Below, in pieces: positions 12,699 to 26,096 of a stretch of 64,000 nt of DNA. Under the pieces are notes generated by a model. It was not told where the DNA came from. It made no database searches and saw nothing but the letters and a program-made list of their open reading frames with translations. The stretch is taken from NCBI GenBank assembly GCA_003971905.1, contig RSEE01000072.1, positions 186,001-250,000 on the forward strand. The letters run 5' to 3'. The DNA is from Moniliella sp. 'wahieum' (lineage: Eukaryota). Positions within the stretch are counted from its first letter, which is position 1; every line of letters begins with the position of its first letter. Position numbers and translations under genes: made by a program.

Positions 12699-15511
12699 TT
12701 AGACGGGGTTGGAGGAAAAGGGAGCAGGTGGTGAGCGGGACGAACAGGAAAGGGTCAGGTATACGAGGTGGGTCGCCACGGCAAGGGGGCAGGGACTAGA
12801 GCTGCGCGTTCGGCCTCGGTACTGGGTTGTTGGTTCAGGGAGAGCGGGAAGAGCTGCTGTTGCGCCCAGTGGACCGAGCGTTCTTAGCTCTCGACTGCCC
12901 AAAGACTTGGACTTGGACCCGCCCGACTTGCGTCCCTTCTCCCGTGGTGGCTTAAAGGTGTGTGGCATCGGCCCCAGCCCCCCTTCGATCAGCAGGACAT
13001 GGGACATGGGCACGCGCCGACTAGCAGCCTCACTCTCTGTGGGCTTGTCGGCATAGCAGCGCCAGAGCAGCCCACAGACCGCACAGAGGGGGAGATTGCC
13101 CTCCAGTGGCGGCCCTTTAACCAATAGACTGAGCGAGCGACATGGCAGTTGCTGCATTCGATCCCCTTCGGGTCCGTTGGGTAAAGGGAGAGGGAGATGG
13201 TAGGCTGCGAAGAAGCGTGCTTGGACGATCGATAATGTCGGCAACGGTAGCGTCGCCGTCTCGTAACGCAGACCACACAGTGTGGTATTTCGCGTTGCGG
13301 GCAAGGTAGAAGGCGCGCACAATGGATCCCGTTGAGCGAGAGGGGAAGGTGTTCTTTAGCAGTTCGAGATTGAGCGACGTTTGTGCCGCCCGTTCCAAAG
13401 CAGTCTTGTCTTTGTTAGACCAGGGAACGATCCGCATGTCCGACGGCTTGAGAAGGCAGAACTGCTTAAATGCATGTTGCGGCGAGTCGGGGTGACGGGC
13501 TAGCTGAGCCAAGGCTAGATCCATCACATCCACATCATACGACCCTGTCTTCCAGGAGTAAGTGTGGCGACGCACTTTATCAAGGTAGGCGTCGACTGTC
13601 GCATCAGGGATTTGCAATGAGGGGGAAAAGATCTGCTCCACCGTCTCATCGCCACCCCGCACTGGCAAATCGGATTGGTCGGGTAAGAGATCGGGAAGAG
13701 GAGAGTTGCTTGCACCTGACCGCTTCGAGAACGGTCTAGGCTTAGGTTCAGGGGAAGAAGTAGCCTCCTCATCGGATGCCTGAATGGTCTCCCCATCGAT
13801 GGCCTTGATTGCCTCGGATGCCTCATGGAGAAGTTGAAGCACAGATGCGTATGTAACGGGTGGGGGCTCCATGGGCTCCAATGTCACGGCAGGCAAGCCT
13901 GACGGAATTGGGGCCTCTTCCTCCGCCAAAGGTTTGACCTTGTTCCGTTTCGCGATGCGCCCCTCGCCATCCGAAGGAGGGTAGACCTCCGTTTGCTGGA
14001 TGGCGGAGAACCACGCAAAGAATGAGGGAGTGAATTAGATGTTGTCGTAACACTTGTTGCTTCCCCTGTCCGCTCCTCGGAGCTCAGCCGACCCCCCTCA
14101 GGCTCAAGCTGGCCCAGCCCCCATGGACCTGATCTTCCCAGCTAGGTACAGTGTGCTGAAACTTGGGTCCGATGCGGTGGTCGGAGACGGGTAAGGCCAG
14201 TCCATCTCGTCAGTCACTGAGTCAATGGATGAGTTGAGGCCAAAATAGCGAAGGGGAAGTCCTCCAAGTGTGGTACATGAGTCGGAGGAGGGGCAGGTTC
14301 GATAGGAGGAGGGCCTCCTTGTTTTTTCTCGATTTACTCACGACGAGCGTTTCTCGTTCTTGTGGCTATGGGAGCTCATGGCAAGTTTGTCCTGCGCTGC
14401 CAAAAGAACGACTGCGATGGAATGAGAGAGAAGGTGAGTCTAGCAGTTCATGTTGTTAATGAAAGAGAACATACCAGGTTTACTCTGGCGCGAGCGGGAA
14501 GAGCGTCCAGGTCGGCAATGGGCGTATCGCTGACCATTTCGGTGTGGACTGCTCTTCATGTATGCGATTGCATGGGCGCAGGTCCAGCGATAGCCGCGCA
14601 CCTTCATCGGATGAAAAGTCAGCCGCGGGGTGATGCAGTCGAGGTGCCAATGCTTTTTGCACGCATCACACTGGACCGCATCATTGGTTGGGATCCAGTC
14701 GGCGCACTGTCACACATGCGGACCGGGTTGGTCAGCCCAGCTACGCCATTAGCCTCCGTGATGACAAATGAATACCGTGTCCGTAGAGCGTCGAGCACGG
14801 AAGGGGGGCATTTGTGACACTCTCCGTGGGGAGAATGTCAAAGAGTTTGTGGGCGTAGCGCTCATAGAGCTGGAAAAAGAAGAAATGATGTTCCTGGTTG
14901 CGCCAGGCCGTGAGCGATGATCATAGTCGACCGAATACTTCTTCGTCGTTGGGTTTGCAACCGAGGCGCGGGTAATGATCCAGTCGCGATGGGAGACCTG
15001 GCACAGTCCACGAATGCTATCGACCGTGTACAGGTCGGCGGTCATTGTAGCAATGAGCAGACGGGGGTCCTGAGAACACCGAACCCCAATGTCCCGCGGG
15101 CGGAGGAAGGTGTTAACGCGGGCATAGAGTGAACTCTCCTTCGGGTTCCTGAGATGTCTGCAAGTGAAACCGATTTGTAGTTCACCACCCGCTACTGGGT
15201 AACTGGGTAAACTCAATACACGACCAATCACATAGGGGTCCCCTGCGTTCCAAGGGGAGGTGAGGTAGACGTAATCTGATGAGAGGCAGTACGTTAGTAT
15301 CCTCCCTGCTGAGTTTGAAAACGATTTACGAAGCAGTGGAAAAGCACATAGCAAGAGCATAGACGAGCAACCGAAACCTGGCCGCAACGCATTGCTCACT
15401 GCATGCGCTATATAGGCGCTCAGCATGGACTTACCATTGACACGAACCGGACGGCCGTCGGGCAAAGATATGCTGGTGACAGTGGTGGAAGGGTGGAGAG
15501 TGATCTGTCAT
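12699..15511 (-). CDS. Snt2-like chromatin protein (BAH, PHD, ELM2, SANT, GATA-like Zn finger); 3' end uncertain, about 12530-12700
   Basis: VN|DYVYLTSPW..PYVIGRV, FLRPRDI..DPRLLIATM..SIRGLCQVSHRD (BAH). CDACKKHWHLDCITPRL..RGYRWTC (PHD, about 14570-14720). RIGPKFQ (ELM2, about 14160). WSNKDKTALE..SIVRAFY (SANT). CSNC..YWLKG..LCAVCGLLWR. Intron 15276-15434. Confidence 0.8.
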
Positions 15512-17507
15512 GGATGTACAGAAGGGTGGAAGGCGGTAAGAAGCGGGTTGGCGCGGAGGTCGCGGGGCTAACGCGTCGCCACCGACGCGTCGAGGAGGGG
15601 ACGCGGTGTGGGCGCGTCGACGGGAGAACGGGACGATGGGAGTGGCGGTGGAGGTGGGAGGGCTGGGTGGAGGGCAGGCGCGGGGCGAGGAGGGGTTATA
15701 GAAGACGCAAATGGGCCCGCACCAGCGTGACACCGGGGACAGCGGAAGAAGGGTGGAGAAAGGTGGTGGTGGTGGTGGGAAAGAGCGACGGTGCGCCCAA
15801 CCGAGGCGGTCCGCATCGCCCAGCCAGCCTCGGCCAGGGTTGGAGCAGCGACACTGGCGCCGTGCGGCTGGGCGTGCTAGGGTTGCAGGTGTGCCGGTCT
15901 CCCCTCCCTCTCTCCACCCTTTCCTCGGACACAGTCCGATTGCGGCCCGCTCGTCAGAGCGTCTGACAGCCCTTCAGGTGCCAACCACCCGCGCCATGAG
16001 CCTCAGCAGCAGCAGGGATGGGACCCAACCGAGCCCATCCAACATAACCCGGGTGGTTGCCCGCCCAAAGCGTGGGTCCCCTTTTGGCGTGCGTCACCGA
16101 TTGACCTCCTTTTCGCCGGCGTTTTGATCATGACGGACAATGAGAAAATAGGTTCAAAGTAACCTCATCGCTCTGCCGAAAAGGGGGTCGCTAGGTTCAC
16201 CCGGCCATGTTGTAAGGTATTCGTATCCATTCCCCCCAATAGGTGTGCACTGTATTACTGGTACGCGCATACTGTGACGGCCATGGGTTCTCCCTCCACG
16301 GGCCCCCTAGGCGGGCCTGTCTGGCGCAGTGGTGTTCTTACGACGTAGTGCTTGCTCTCTGGGTGGATGGAATGATTGTTGGGGTGAAAGGACAGCCGTG
16401 TAGTCCAGTGACATCCGGGAACCGGCCTTACTGAGTGTGGTGCCAGAGCCTGGGTACTACAACCCAAGGCGTTAGTAGGATGCATATATGCAAAGGGGCT
16501 ATGTGGCGTAGAGCGGCCAGCGCATTCATCATGTCTGTCGCGTCCGTTCTGGCTTGGATGCGCAGTCGAATTCATCCGTGTCTACTACTGTTTCGCCAAC
16601 TTGGCCCACAGTCTTCATCGATGACAGCGAACTGTCCTCACCCACGCTTCACACACAGCTCTCTCTTCCTTCAACATAATCAACGTTTGGGATGCTTTTT
16701 TCGGTGGCATCCTGAAGGAATACACTTGCTTGTCGTGGACCTCGTAGTCTGCAATGAGATCGAAAGCTGCCAGGAAAGACGGGATTTAAGGCAAGCCCGA
16801 TCGCAGCCACCGAGAATAGGAGAAAAGCGCTGCTGTGAGAGGGTGTGTGTGGCGTAACGGTATGGGCGGGCCAACTTAGCCTACCTAGGGTTAACCCTAC
16901 CTCTTGGAGCGCGTAGGAAAACCCTAGCACCAGGGCCAGAGGCAGGACGGGGATGGTCGATGAACGTGATAAACGTTGAACTTAACAACGATGAACACAT
17001 TCGATAGTGAACCGGAAAGATCACGTACCAGAGAACAATGGATTTGCTGCGGGGGCGCAACCAAGCAACCACAAACGCCTTGTTGACAGGTCGAAGATTA
17101 ACGATTGCTTGTGGTGGGTGGGCTTGCGTGGAAGGGGCCCTCTCCCTCGTCGTCAGCTTAAGGCAACTCAAGGGGGCCGTCGATGGCCCACCGCCATCCC
17201 TGCATTTCGCTCACAGTCTCCGCACGACCGCCAACTACCCGCAAAAAAAGATATCTGTACTACTCTTCCATCCCCCTACAACCTGCGGCGGGCCTGCCAT
17301 TATGGGCCCCCTCGCCGAGAGTGGCATAGCTGCAAACGCGTCAGCCACTGACCCTTGCCCCTGCCTGAATCCCAATCAGCGACAACCGCCCACGCTTCCT
17401 CCTCCCATAGAGGCCTTACTGCCAGTGGCGCATTGAATTGTGCACCGCCCAGGCCGCACCCTGGCTTCGCCGTCACCTTTATTTCCCTCTCTCCTTCCTC
17501 TCTCGCC

Positions 17508-18621
17508 ATGGAGGACGACGTTCGGAGAGCCAAGGCAGCCGAGATGGAGTCCTTGCTGGCCGAACGAACCTGTACGCATTGCTAGGGGTGGGCGGAACGG
17601 TCGTGGAGGAGATCCGGCGTGGGTTTTTGGTTCGAAGTCGGTGCTGTCATCCCGAGTACGTGTATTTCCTCTCGTCGTCAAAATTCTCTCCATACCCTGA
17701 TGGGGTACATCTGTACCCCCCCCCCCCCTCTCTTGACAAATGAGCTCACTTTGCTTTTAATCACTCTATATCCACAGCAAGTTCCCCGACTACCCATCCT
17801 CGACTAGCATTCCAAAAGGTGTCTTGCGCGTACCAGACCTTGTCCTCGCCCGAATCAAGGATGCTGTATGACATGCTTGGGTACAGCGACGTGGTCGCAA
17901 ACGCACGAGAGCAGGATGGAGGGTACAGTCGTCCGAGCGGGGTGGACAACACGACAGTCATGAGGCAATACGCAACGCTTGGAGACATTTCATGCAGGGG
18001 GAGTTTCGAGCTGGTTCGAGCCGTGATCCAGTCCCTGAATGAAAGTATGGGGCTGGAGCTGGAGGACGCAGTAGCGGAGCAATCGAAAGTTACTTGCATC
18101 ATCTCCGTGATCTCCTTCTTTCGGGACAAAAGTACATTTCGATTGTGCCAGTCCAGCTGGCGCGGGCTTATGAGATCCAGGCTGTCTTGCGACAGCTGCC
18201 CTACTTTGACATTTGTGGCCGGTTTCGTCTTTGCCTTCAACTGACTCGCATCGGGCTGGGTATCCCATTGTCTATTGATCTGGCCATGGTCGGTGGAGAG
18301 GCTGGGAGCGAGTACCGATCACAAGAAGAGGCCAGTGGGATGAATGGGGGTCAGGGGCACGAGACGGGAACCAATACCCCCTCTTCTTTCCACTCCAAAC
18401 AATGTATTTTCCTGCTCATCTCCCCAAACTTCCTCAGAGGAAGCTCCTCGAAAGCAGCCCCGTCTCCCCATCAGCTCCCTCCACCCCCCTGGGGGTTGTT
18501 CGGTCCAACAGGGAGAACAGTTCTCAACGGTGTTGTGGCTGCTCTCGGACCTGGGAGCGATGGTTCACTCCTCCCACTTGAAGCGGGGGCCACCTTGGAG
18601 ACTTCAACGTCACGATTTTAA
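17508..18621 (+). CDS. J-domain (DnaJ/Hsp40-like) protein
   Basis: NLYALLGV..EEIRRGFLVRSRCCHPD|KFPDYP..AFQKVSCAYQTLSSPESRMLYD. The HPD motif is restored by intron 17656-17777. The C-terminus is frameshifted and the end is approximate. Confidence 0.8.
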
Positions 18622-19581
18622 GCAGTGCATGTTCAATGTGTTGTATCCTGCGATGAAAAGAAGTATATATCCCTACAACCCTCAGCTTCTCTCGTCAACA
18701 AAACACCTGCTGTGCTGATCATATCATCCTATCCCTTCTACTGTGACCCTAGTCAACCAAAAGATTCACAACGTTCATGTCTTCTGCCATTCAACCCCGC
18801 AAGCGTCCTCACATGGACAGCCCGATCATGTCCCCTACCGTTCCTGTGGCTATCTCTCCTCGATACGTCTATTATACCTAAGATGACTTTCGCACACAGC
18901 TCTCATGTTGACATGGTGCTAACGTTTACGAGCGCCATGTTTCTCCTTCCCAATGTTCAGAACCAAACACATGTCGCCACTAGCGAAGCGATGGTTCAAC
19001 TTTTTTGTTGCCAGGGCCAGGGCTGGCGTTGAATGGGCACCTTGGCAATGTTCTCCGTTCAGAGTTCAGATCTCAGAGCAGATCTCATCACACGTGTGTG
19101 ATGACGAAAAACATTGCCATTGATAATGCAAATCATGCACTGATGATGTGGGGCTGTGATGGTGGGGACGATGAATTCACCAAACTGATGCTCTGCTGGG
19201 CGCTGGGGAGCTACGGGGTTCAGCGTCCAGCGGGACGTTCATAGGAGCATACGAGGTACACGCCACGGCGCTTCCTTCACGCCCTTACCGTGTTCATCTC
19301 CGACCTCGTCGCCCCCCGCGTATAAGAGCGTTGTGGCCATATGCGTGGCGAGAGTCGAAAGAATAAAAGGCAAGCCAACACTGCCGCCGTGCCCCGTCCC
19401 GAAACAGTCCGGCAGTGCCTTGCGGGCCGCGGCGGCGCCAAGCGAGGCAGGGCCAGTGCCACCCCACTGCATCCACTGAAGCAGCAGCATATCCATGCCA
19501 GTCCTCCAGCCCCATCCAGCCACGCCTCTTGAGACCCACCGACGACGGCCAACCACCCGCCCCTCTAGCCACCTCCTCGCC

Positions 19582-22489
19582 ATGGCCACACCACCATCCA
19601 TCCTGCCGCTGCGGTACGAGCTGACGATCTGCGCGGCCCTCGGCACGCAGCCGCAGTTTGGCGGCACCCTTCACCTCCTCGTCGAGCTGATCGAAGAGAG
19701 GGAGAAGTTGGTGTTAGACGTTGGGTCCAATTTGCGCACTAGCAGCACCGCCGTGTGCCGCGCTGACGGCCAAGAACAGACATCGTCGCACCGTGTTCCT
19801 ACGCATGCGCTCGACGGTAGCGTGGCCATCACGTTCCCCACGCCCATGGTGGGCAAAATGTGGGTCTCGCTTGCCTTCTGCTCGGCCCTCACCACGCTCC
19901 CAGAAGGTTTCTACCTTTCCAGCACAATAAGCGCTGAGGCGACCAGTAGTTCTGGCTCTGACATCGGTGCGTATCCTGACCACATTGCAGTAACGCAGTT
20001 CCAGCCCTTTGGAGCTCGGCGTGCCTTTCCTTGCATCGACCGGCCCGATGCCAAAGCCATCTTCGCCGTGCGGATTGTGCATAGTCAAGCGCTCAACGCC
20101 GTATCCAACATGCCCTTGGAGGAACAACACGATGTCTCCTCGAACACCGAGGGGGAAGATCCTGCACTCCAGTTGGCCCACCAGCTCGACTTTGATGGGC
20201 TGGAATTTCTCACGCGGGGGGCCTGGGTCTCACACACCTTTCGCCCCACGCCACGTATGCCGACCTACCTTGTGGCCTGGGCCGTGGGCGCGTTGGACCA
20301 GGCCGAGAGCAGCTACACGTCCCTCTCTGGTCATACTGTGCCCGTCCGCGTATTAGGCCCCAAGACGGCCAACGTGGGGCGACAAGGGCAGTGGCTGCGC
20401 AGCTGGCTGCGCGCAGCATGGCTCAGTTGGAAAAGATGGTAGGTGTGGCGTACCTTCTTCCCAAACTGGACCTGTTGGCCTGTAGCAACCTGGAGGTGAG
20501 GGGGATGGAGAATTGGGGTCTGGTGGTGGCACAGGAACAAGTTCTTCTGCTTGACCCTGACCGGCTTGGCCCTGCCTCTTCGGCCGCGCACGCACCATCG
20601 TGCACGAGTGCGCTCACGAGTGTGGATGGGGCAACTTGGTGACCATGAAAGACTTTAGCAAGTTGTGGTGCAACGAGGGCAGCGCTACCTACCTTGGGGA
20701 AGTGCTTGCTCTCTCGGCTTTGATACCAGAGAGCAAGGCAGAGGAAACCTTTGTGTCGCACCACCGCTCCCGCGCGCTGGAGCTGGATGCACTCCACACC
20801 ACCCACCCTGTTGTCCACCGAGCCCTGCATACCGTCTCGCCTCTCGAAGTGCACCAAACCTTTGACGCTATCAGTTACAGTAAAGGCGCATGTCTTCTCC
20901 GCATGGTAGCCCAGATGATCACCCTCCCCGTGTTTCTCAAGGGCGCGGCGCTGTTCCTTCGCCGCCATGCGCTTGGTACAGCCAGTTCCAAAGAGCTGTG
21001 GACTGCGCTTGGTGAGGCAGCACGCGTTGACGTGGCAAAGATGGTGGAAGGGTGGACGGATCAAGAAGGGTACCCAGTCCTATTGGTTACCTTGGACCCG
21101 AGTCGCCGCCATCTCACCGTTCGGCAACAACGGTTCTTTTCCGATGGTACTACCGCCGACCCATCCCCGACCTGGTTTGTGCCACTCTTCCTAAAGGCCG
21201 TTTCTGCCGAGGGGCAGGAGCTGCCTCCCTCATCGCTCTCGCGTACTCTTGCGCTGGAGTGGAAGGCCGAGCAGACCTTTGATTTGCCCCGAGGTGGCCA
21301 GCTCAACATCGTGGATTCTCAATGCGTCGTCCAGCGGGTTTTACCGGGTGCAGTACGCCATGCCTCTGCTGCAAGAGCTGCTTCCGCATCTGCAAACCGG
21401 GGCGCTGGACACGCTCGATCGCGCACGGATGCTGGACGACTGCTTGGCCCTGGCTCGGGCCGGGGTGGGAGAAACGTCGGCACTGCTCTCTCTTCTGATG
21501 GCACTGGTGCAAGACGAGTCGATGCCCGTGCTGGTGCAGGCCACCTCAGTGTTCACCCAACTGGCCAGCTTGTTTTACGAAGAACCGGATTCGGTCCAGT
21601 CCGCACTGCATGCGGCCGCCGCGACGTTTTATCAGCGCAAGTTGGCCTCGCTGGGGATGTGGCCCCGTGCGCACGATTCACAGAAAACACTTGAGATGCG
21701 GTTCATGGTACGTGTGGATGGGGCAAGCGTGCTTGTTGGTCCGGGTGGTAGCTAACCGATACCCTCTATATGTGCATTTCGGACCAGTGTATCGCCGGAG
21801 CTGCGATGGCCGGGGAAGCCAGTACGGTGCAGCAGATGAAGCAGTTGTTTGTGCAAGTGCAGGGCCAGCGACCGAGGGAGGGAAGTGGGTGTACCAGATG
21901 TGTTGCTGAGCACGATTTACATGGCTTCGGTACGGTATGGCGGTCCAGCTGAATGGGAGCAAGTTCTGCGCATTTTCTCGGCTCCGCCCACGCCTGCGCA
22001 TCGCGATGCAGCCATGGCCGGACTCACTGCGACGCGCGACGCTGGGTGCATGCAACGCACCATCAATCTCGTCTTTGGCCGGTTCCAGGAACCCTCGTTT
22101 GCGGCTCCGTCGGCGCCAGTAAGGGATGCAGGAGGGACCGAGGCGCCGCTGCCGAGCTTGACCGATACCGAGGTCTTGGGAGCGTGTGGGTATATGGCAT
22201 TACAACCCACTGCGCTGCGCACGTTACTGGCGCACGCGGTGCAGGCGCATTGGCCCAGCCTGCACGCGCGCTTGGGCACCGGCTTCCTCTGGCCCCGTCT
22301 GATCACCACTGCATTTGCCTCCCTTGGCCCTTCCCACCTTCCTCGCCTCACGGCCTTCCTCCAGCGCCACCCTGCTGGAACCCCGGGGACCGGGCGGTGG
22401 AGATGGTGCGCAGCTCGGAACGTTGGCTCAGTGCGTGCAGGTCCGATGTCCAGACTTGGCTGCGTACCCACCGTTTCCTCCAAGAGTGA
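19582..22489 (+). CDS. M1-family zinc aminopeptidase (Ape2/puromycin-sensitive-like)
   Basis: TQFQPFGARRAFPCID.P..KA.F, SNMP, FRPTPRMPTYLVAWAVG, LPKLDL, GMENWGL, HECAH..GNLVTM..LWCNEG, FDAISYSKG, WTDQEGYPV, GFYRVQY. Intron 21708-21787. Several frameshifts. Confidence 0.92.
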
Positions 22490-23703
22490 GGAAGCAGGAT
22501 GGTGTTGAGCATTGGTCATACCACACTGATCATGCAGATAGGTCCGGTACAGTGAGGGACGGGTAATCAGATGCAGGAGCGGACGCCGCATCGCCGCACC
22601 GCCGTACTGCTCCAACAAGACCTCTGCCGTCGGTGTGCGGTGGGAACGAGCAAGCGTACACTTTCAATCGTTAATCATTAACCGCGGTAACCGGTAACCA
22701 TTGCTGAGCAGAGATGTGTCAATAGTAGTAGCAACCCCCCCACATGCGCGATGGAAGTGGACTGATTGTGTTCAAATCAGTAATAGTTGCACGGTACCCG
22801 GCAACCGGCAACCGCGGTACCCGATCCTACAGATCTTCATGTAGAGACCATGTCGGTATAATGGGTCGCTTTTTGTGCCAAGAAAGTTAGTTTGCACGAC
22901 CACAACAGTGCCAGGAGTTGGACTAATCAGCCACTCAAGGTAGGAATGAACAGGTGGAGTTGATTCCGTTTGATCTTCTTTGATGTCGAAGTGATGGCTG
23001 CCCAATTGTTCGCAGCATATGTGGGCCTCTGTGCATTGGCTGAGACGGTGGTGGCACGCGGCCGTTCATTGGGCGCTGGGCCTGCGGAAAGTGTCCCCAT
23101 TCCCCCGCTTCCACCCCTGGAAACTTTATATTAGCAGGACATTGTTCGAGTTGCCCGCATCCATCTCGCTTTGTCACCAAGGGAGCCAGAGGGTGTCAGT
23201 AGTACAGACTTGTCATGCATCATGTTGCTGCACTTCCCATCTCCAGCCGACGTCTGACTTGGGAGTACCAAGCAATCGCCTCTTCCATCCCGAACAACGT
23301 CCATTCACCGATGATGGATGATGCCGGAGGCGAGGCAAGAAGACGAGACAGACGACGACGAAGAGAAGATTTGGCAGTGCACAACTGTGGCCGCTGACAT
23401 GGAGTGTGGAGGGGATGGCACTCTCCCTGTTGGCGATGCTGGCACTGACAAGTAATCGCTCTGCCGTCGGGGAAGGGAGAGCCCAGGCGGTCGATTGGCG
23501 GCCGACGGCTGGCCTGCGGCTGATAAACACAAGAAACACGCTTGGCCGCGCATGGACGGCGGGCGACGTGGCTCGCTTTGATTAGAGTACAGCGCGCAGC
23601 GGGGGTGGCGCAGGCGCTGCACGGGGGCAGTGCCAGCCACACGCCGTATTTGTTGCAAGGGGGCCAGGGACCAGGTGTTTGGGCGGGTTGGGCGTGCTCC
23701 ACC

Positions 23704-23776
23704 CCATCCACACCATCCACACATCCACACCATCCACACCATCCACACCATCCGCCCCATCCACCCCATCCACACC
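23704..23776 (+). repeat. Imperfect 9-mer tandem repeat (CCATCCACA)n
   Basis: About 8 degenerate units directly upstream of ATG 23781. Confidence 0.85.
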
Positions 23777-23780
23777 ACCC

Positions 23781-25625
23781 ATGCCCGAACATCCCCCCAC
23801 AGGCATGTTCGACGCCAGCCTCCCCCCCCCGTTCCCTCCGCCGAGCTGGACGAGACCAGCGACCCCGCCGCTCTGCGCCACACGGTCACCACCCTGCGCG
23901 CCAGCCTGGCCTGGCACGCCTCCACCCTCGCCGCCATCCAAGCTGCCCACGATGCGCTCGCCCAGCGCGCTGCCGCCGACGAGGACAGCCACGACCGTGC
24001 TCGCGCAGCAGCCAATGGCGACAAGGACGCTGCCGCTGTCATTGAGCTCCTCCGCGCACAGCTCGCCCAAGCTCGCACCGAGCGCGACGAAGCACGTAGC
24101 GAGCGGGACGAGCAGGTGGGGACAGTGCGGGACCTGCGCTTGCGTCTTGAGGACTCGCGCAAGGCGTTTATGCGGTTACAGTCCGAGGGTGAGAATGTGC
24201 GTAAGGCGATTGCTGACCGGCGCCGGTCCAACCCATCCGGTGCGCCCTCAGCTGTCGGGCTGGCTCTTGCCGCCCGCGGCACCTCCCCTACCCCCGACAA
24301 GGCTGCCGCCGAGGAGGAGGAGGCCAAAGCCAAACGCGCCTCCAAGCGCGCCTCGCTCGCTTTCGGCCCCAATGGCACCATCAACATGGCCGCTGCACGC
24401 AACTTGGGTCGCTCCACCCCTCGACAGCTGCTCCATCTTCCGCTGATCACAAGTTGCGCGGCTTGTCCCTGTTGGGTGGCACACCCTCGTCATCTAACCC
24501 CCCCTCGTGGATGGCATATGCACCGCCCTCATCTCAGATCGGAGCCGAGGAGTCCCTTGCCGGCCAGGCCAACCAACCTCCTGCGCCGATTTCCAATGCG
24601 CTCGCCAGCTTAACAGGCAACGAAAATCGTCGTGCACACCATCATCGAACGTCAAGCAGTGTAAGTGGGATTAGCGCTTTCAGCTCCTCCCTCCGCCCCA
24701 TGTCTCCTTCCGGCCAGAGCGCCACTTCATCTCGTGCGCCTAGTCCCAGACCCCACCTTCCGCCGCCTCGGCCATGCAAGCAGCCGCAGCGGCCGATGCA
24801 GAGAAGAGACAGCCGATGCGAATCGGCGTCGGTCTCGCATGCTGGGAACCGGGGTTCCCTCATCCGATGGTCTGCCTGGTTCGAGCCTGGCAGCAGCCAC
24901 ATCGGAGCGACTGACTGCCCAATTGGCAGCTCGCGGGGTGGAGGTGGATCGTCTGAGACAGGAGATGCGGCGGATTCGGGACGAGTTGGACGATGCTCGC
25001 GAAGCGCGAGCGGCGTCGGAACTGTGTCTCCAAGCGTTGCGGGGATACGTTGCTTCTGCCTGCCGCCCGAACAAGGTGCCGTCGATCCAACCGAGCCCGG
25101 CACCGCCCCGACTTCGGTCGCCAACACTTCCTCCACCCCTTCGGTCGGACTACGGTTGCCTCCTCTCCCGTCGACTCGACAGGCGAGTTGGAGCCGGGCG
25201 ATGAGGGTCGCGTGCTGTCTCCCTCGCCGCCACGCCATCAGCCCCAGGAATCTTGGTCGACCAAGTTAGGGTCCATGTGGAGGCGGGCCAATCCATCGCG
25301 TGCTCCTGCCCTTGCATCCAAGGGAAAAGATGCCCAATCAGGTTCAAGTTCGTCGGGTGCCGACCTGCTTCGGTCTCGTTCCAACTCGTCTGTCCAGACG
25401 GGGACAGGAACCACGGTACCCACACCGAGTCTCCCTAGTCGCTTAACACCACACTCTTCCACCCCGTCCCCCCCCGCCGCATTGGAGGCACGGCCTGCAC
25501 CAGTAGCGGAAGAAAAGGAGGCACGGGCGGCAGCAAGTGCGGATGACACTCTTGCTACTTCTCCTGCGCTCCTAACGCTAGAGGCGGAAGTTAACGCCTC
25601 CCATCCCCAAGATCCCTCTGCGTGA
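23781..25625 (+). CDS. Hypothetical coiled-coil, Ser/Pro-rich protein
   Basis: Coiled-coil-like segments (LRAQLAQARTERDEARSERDEQVGTVRDLRLRLEDSRKAFMRLQSE; VDRLRQEMRRIRDELDDAREARAASELCLQALRGYV) across ORFs 23630, 24665 and 24993. No family recognised. Confidence 0.65.
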
Positions 25626-26096
25626 CGGCCGTATAACATACTTCCACAACCCATCTCTCCTTTCCAGTTTTTGTTGGTCGCGCCTGTGTCTCGCCTGAGT
25701 AGGCAGCACATTCGGGTTGGAACGTGTCCTATTTCCCTGGTCCCCAGCGCTGGCAGGATACCCCTGCTTTGCTCAGAGACCCCGTGTTTTCACCATACCT
25801 TTTCTCATCATACCCACTGGGCAGATACAACCCCCCCTCCTCAACGATGACCCCTCTGTATGGCTCCGACGTAAGACAAGACAAAACAAGACAAGATAAG
25901 AATCCATCTTCTTTCGCCATAGCATGACCTGCCGAGCCCCCGACTGTCCCGGGACCGGTCCATAGCATGGCAGCCACCCACCTTCTCCAGAGGGCAAAAG
26001 GAACAAGGTATGGGGAGTACATGGCATGCCCACTCTCCGCCCTCGGGGCTACAGTGAGGTGTTGGCTGCCCCTCTGATGATATCCGACAATACGCT

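Noticed and set aside
19098..19187. GTGATGA...CTGA...CTGA as a C/D snoRNA
   Set aside because: No convincing terminal stem and no exact rRNA-complementary guide that I could identify.
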